In this document: positions 7,600-8,338 of the stretch, one piece after another
Position numbering within the stretch: position 1 is the first letter of the stretch
Layout of the letters: every line of letters begins with the position of its first letter
From: a metagenome
Direction: 5' to 3' (one strand)
Sequence record: MDTD01116922.1
DNA length: 8,338 nt
Made by a program: the position numbers and the translations under genes
Notes under the pieces: generated by a model
The model's database searches: none
Seen by the model: only the letters and a program-made list of their open reading frames with translations
What the model was told of the DNA's origin: nothing

Positions 7600-7667
7600 C
7601 GTCGGCGCGAACCGGTTGGCGACTTCCGCAGCACAATTCACGTACTATTATTATGTTACACTCGCCC

Positions 7668-8261
7668 TCACTCGTCGAACGGATACTCCTCGGGCACGAG
7701 CTCCAAGAGCTTGACGCGAATCGCAAACTTCTCCCCCGTTCCGCGCAACGGATCGCTCTCGAACGAACACGCCGTGCGCACCCGCACCGCCTCCAACGCG
7801 CCCTGAATCGTCCCGCACAGCGCGTTACAGTAATACAGATCCCCGTACCTCTTCGGCAGCTCCACAAACTCCGCCAGAGGATTACTCTCCATCTCGATCA
7901 CGCACTCATCCCTCTCCTCGCTCCAATCCCTCGTCCTCGCCTCGACGTTTAAAAACATCTTCAATCCAACCTTGGCCGTCATCTCCATCGCATCCTCGAA
8001 CGACCGACACCCCCCAGCGCTCGCGTTCGTCTTCGCCAGGTACTCCTCGATGATCCTCGCCCCGATCGACCGTCCGATTCGCTCCAACGCCCCGTTCGTC
8101 GCCTCCACGTCGTCCTCGCGGTCGCGCAAAATCTGCCGCACGAAGGCGCCGTGCGTGAGCGCGAACAGTTCCGCGTTCACCTTCTCCGCCCCGTTCCAAC
8201 ACGCGCCACCGAGCGTCTCCGGACGCACGCGACGAGGCGTCGTCTGCGCGTTCGGCGCCAT
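7668..8261 (-). CDS. TRAPPC3: TRAPP complex core subunit Bet3/TRAPPC3, 197 aa
   Basis: Minus-strand ORF ending at TGA (tca 7668-7670). The ORF-track start at 8264 is GTG, and the adjacent codon (cat 8259-8261) is the ATG. Colinear matches to Bet3/TRAPPC3 include ELFALTHGAFVRQIL, IGARIIEEYLAK, GCRSFE (the position of the conserved acylated Cys), NPLAEFVELP and LYYCNALCGTIQGALE. Confidence 0.9.
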   Translation of the reverse strand: MAPNAQTTPRRVRPETLGGACWNGAEKVNAELFALTHGAFVRQILRDREDDVEATNGALERIGRSIGARIIEEYLAKTNASAGGCRSFEDAMEMTAKVGLKMFLNVEARTRDWSEERDECVIEMESNPLAEFVELPKRYGDLYYCNALCGTIQGALEAVRVRTACSFESDPLRGTGEKFAIRVKLLELVPEEYPFDE

Positions 8262-8303
8262 CACCGCGCGCGCGCGCGTCTCCCGTCCGTCCTCCTCGAC
8301 GAC

Positions 8304-8334
8304 GGATGATTCCGACGGATGATTCGGATGATTC
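8304..8334 (-). repeat. Three copies of the 9-mer GGATGATTC (minus-strand GAATCATCC) in the TRAPPC3 5' flank
   Basis: Copies at 8304-8312, 8317-8325 and 8326-8334, read directly. On the gene's sense strand they read CGAATCATCC x2 plus GGAATCATCC, 43-74 nt upstream of the ATG. Confidence 0.9.
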
Positions 8335-8338
8335 GTGG

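Noticed and set aside
7656-7660. TGTAA on the minus strand as a general polyadenylation signal for this genome
   Set aside because: It is found in a suitable position after TRAPPC3 only. The 3' flanks of KRI1, the 1128..2099 gene, the 2441..2749 gene and SQE lack it, so sequence alone does not support it as the signal used.
6283-8322. ORFs antisense to squalene epoxidase (6283..6798, 6831..7136, 7159..7413) and to TRAPPC3 (7509..7952, 7972..8322)
   Set aside because: They have no domain-like sequence and are Arg/His/Leu-rich. The opposite strand encodes highly conserved proteins along its full length.

Overview
This window is eukaryotic, not prokaryotic. It reads as a gene-dense, apparently intron-free (in its protein genes), high-GC, CpG-rich nuclear segment with strong G/C third-position bias. 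By inference it best fits a picoplanktonic green alga of the Mamiellophyceae (Micromonas/Ostreococcus-like). Four genes are confidently recognisable: a KRI1-family ribosome-biogenesis protein (3200..5545, -), squalene epoxidase (6034..7599, +), TRAPP subunit Bet3/TRAPPC3 (7668..8261, -), and an intron-containing tRNA-Pro(CGG) (2917..3031, +). Three further coding regions are supported mainly by codon bias: a small basic protein (111..707, -), a protein with periodic C-T-F-x-P repeats (1128..2099, +), and a 102-aa protein with one C-terminal hydrophobic helix (2441..2749, +). A short C-terminal fragment of another gene may sit at 3..74. The supplied ORF track uses bacterial start codons (TTG/GTG), so several starts were moved to the first plausible ATG. 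I see no CRISPR array, rRNA, transposase, integrase or defence-like operon, and no evidence for a novel multi-gene system. The genes are unrelated housekeeping genes in mixed orientations. The most interesting unexplained structure is non-coding. The KRI1/squalene-epoxidase divergent spacer holds three copies of the 13-mer GAGTCATGACCCG. Two of them form a perfect 13-bp-stem palindrome 7 nt from the KRI1 ATG, and the outer pair bounds a 226-bp segment. Short oriented motifs (CGAATCATC, CCACCCA, GAATC-type microsatellites) also recur in the 5' spacers. Many long ORFs antisense to the real genes are high-GC artefacts.
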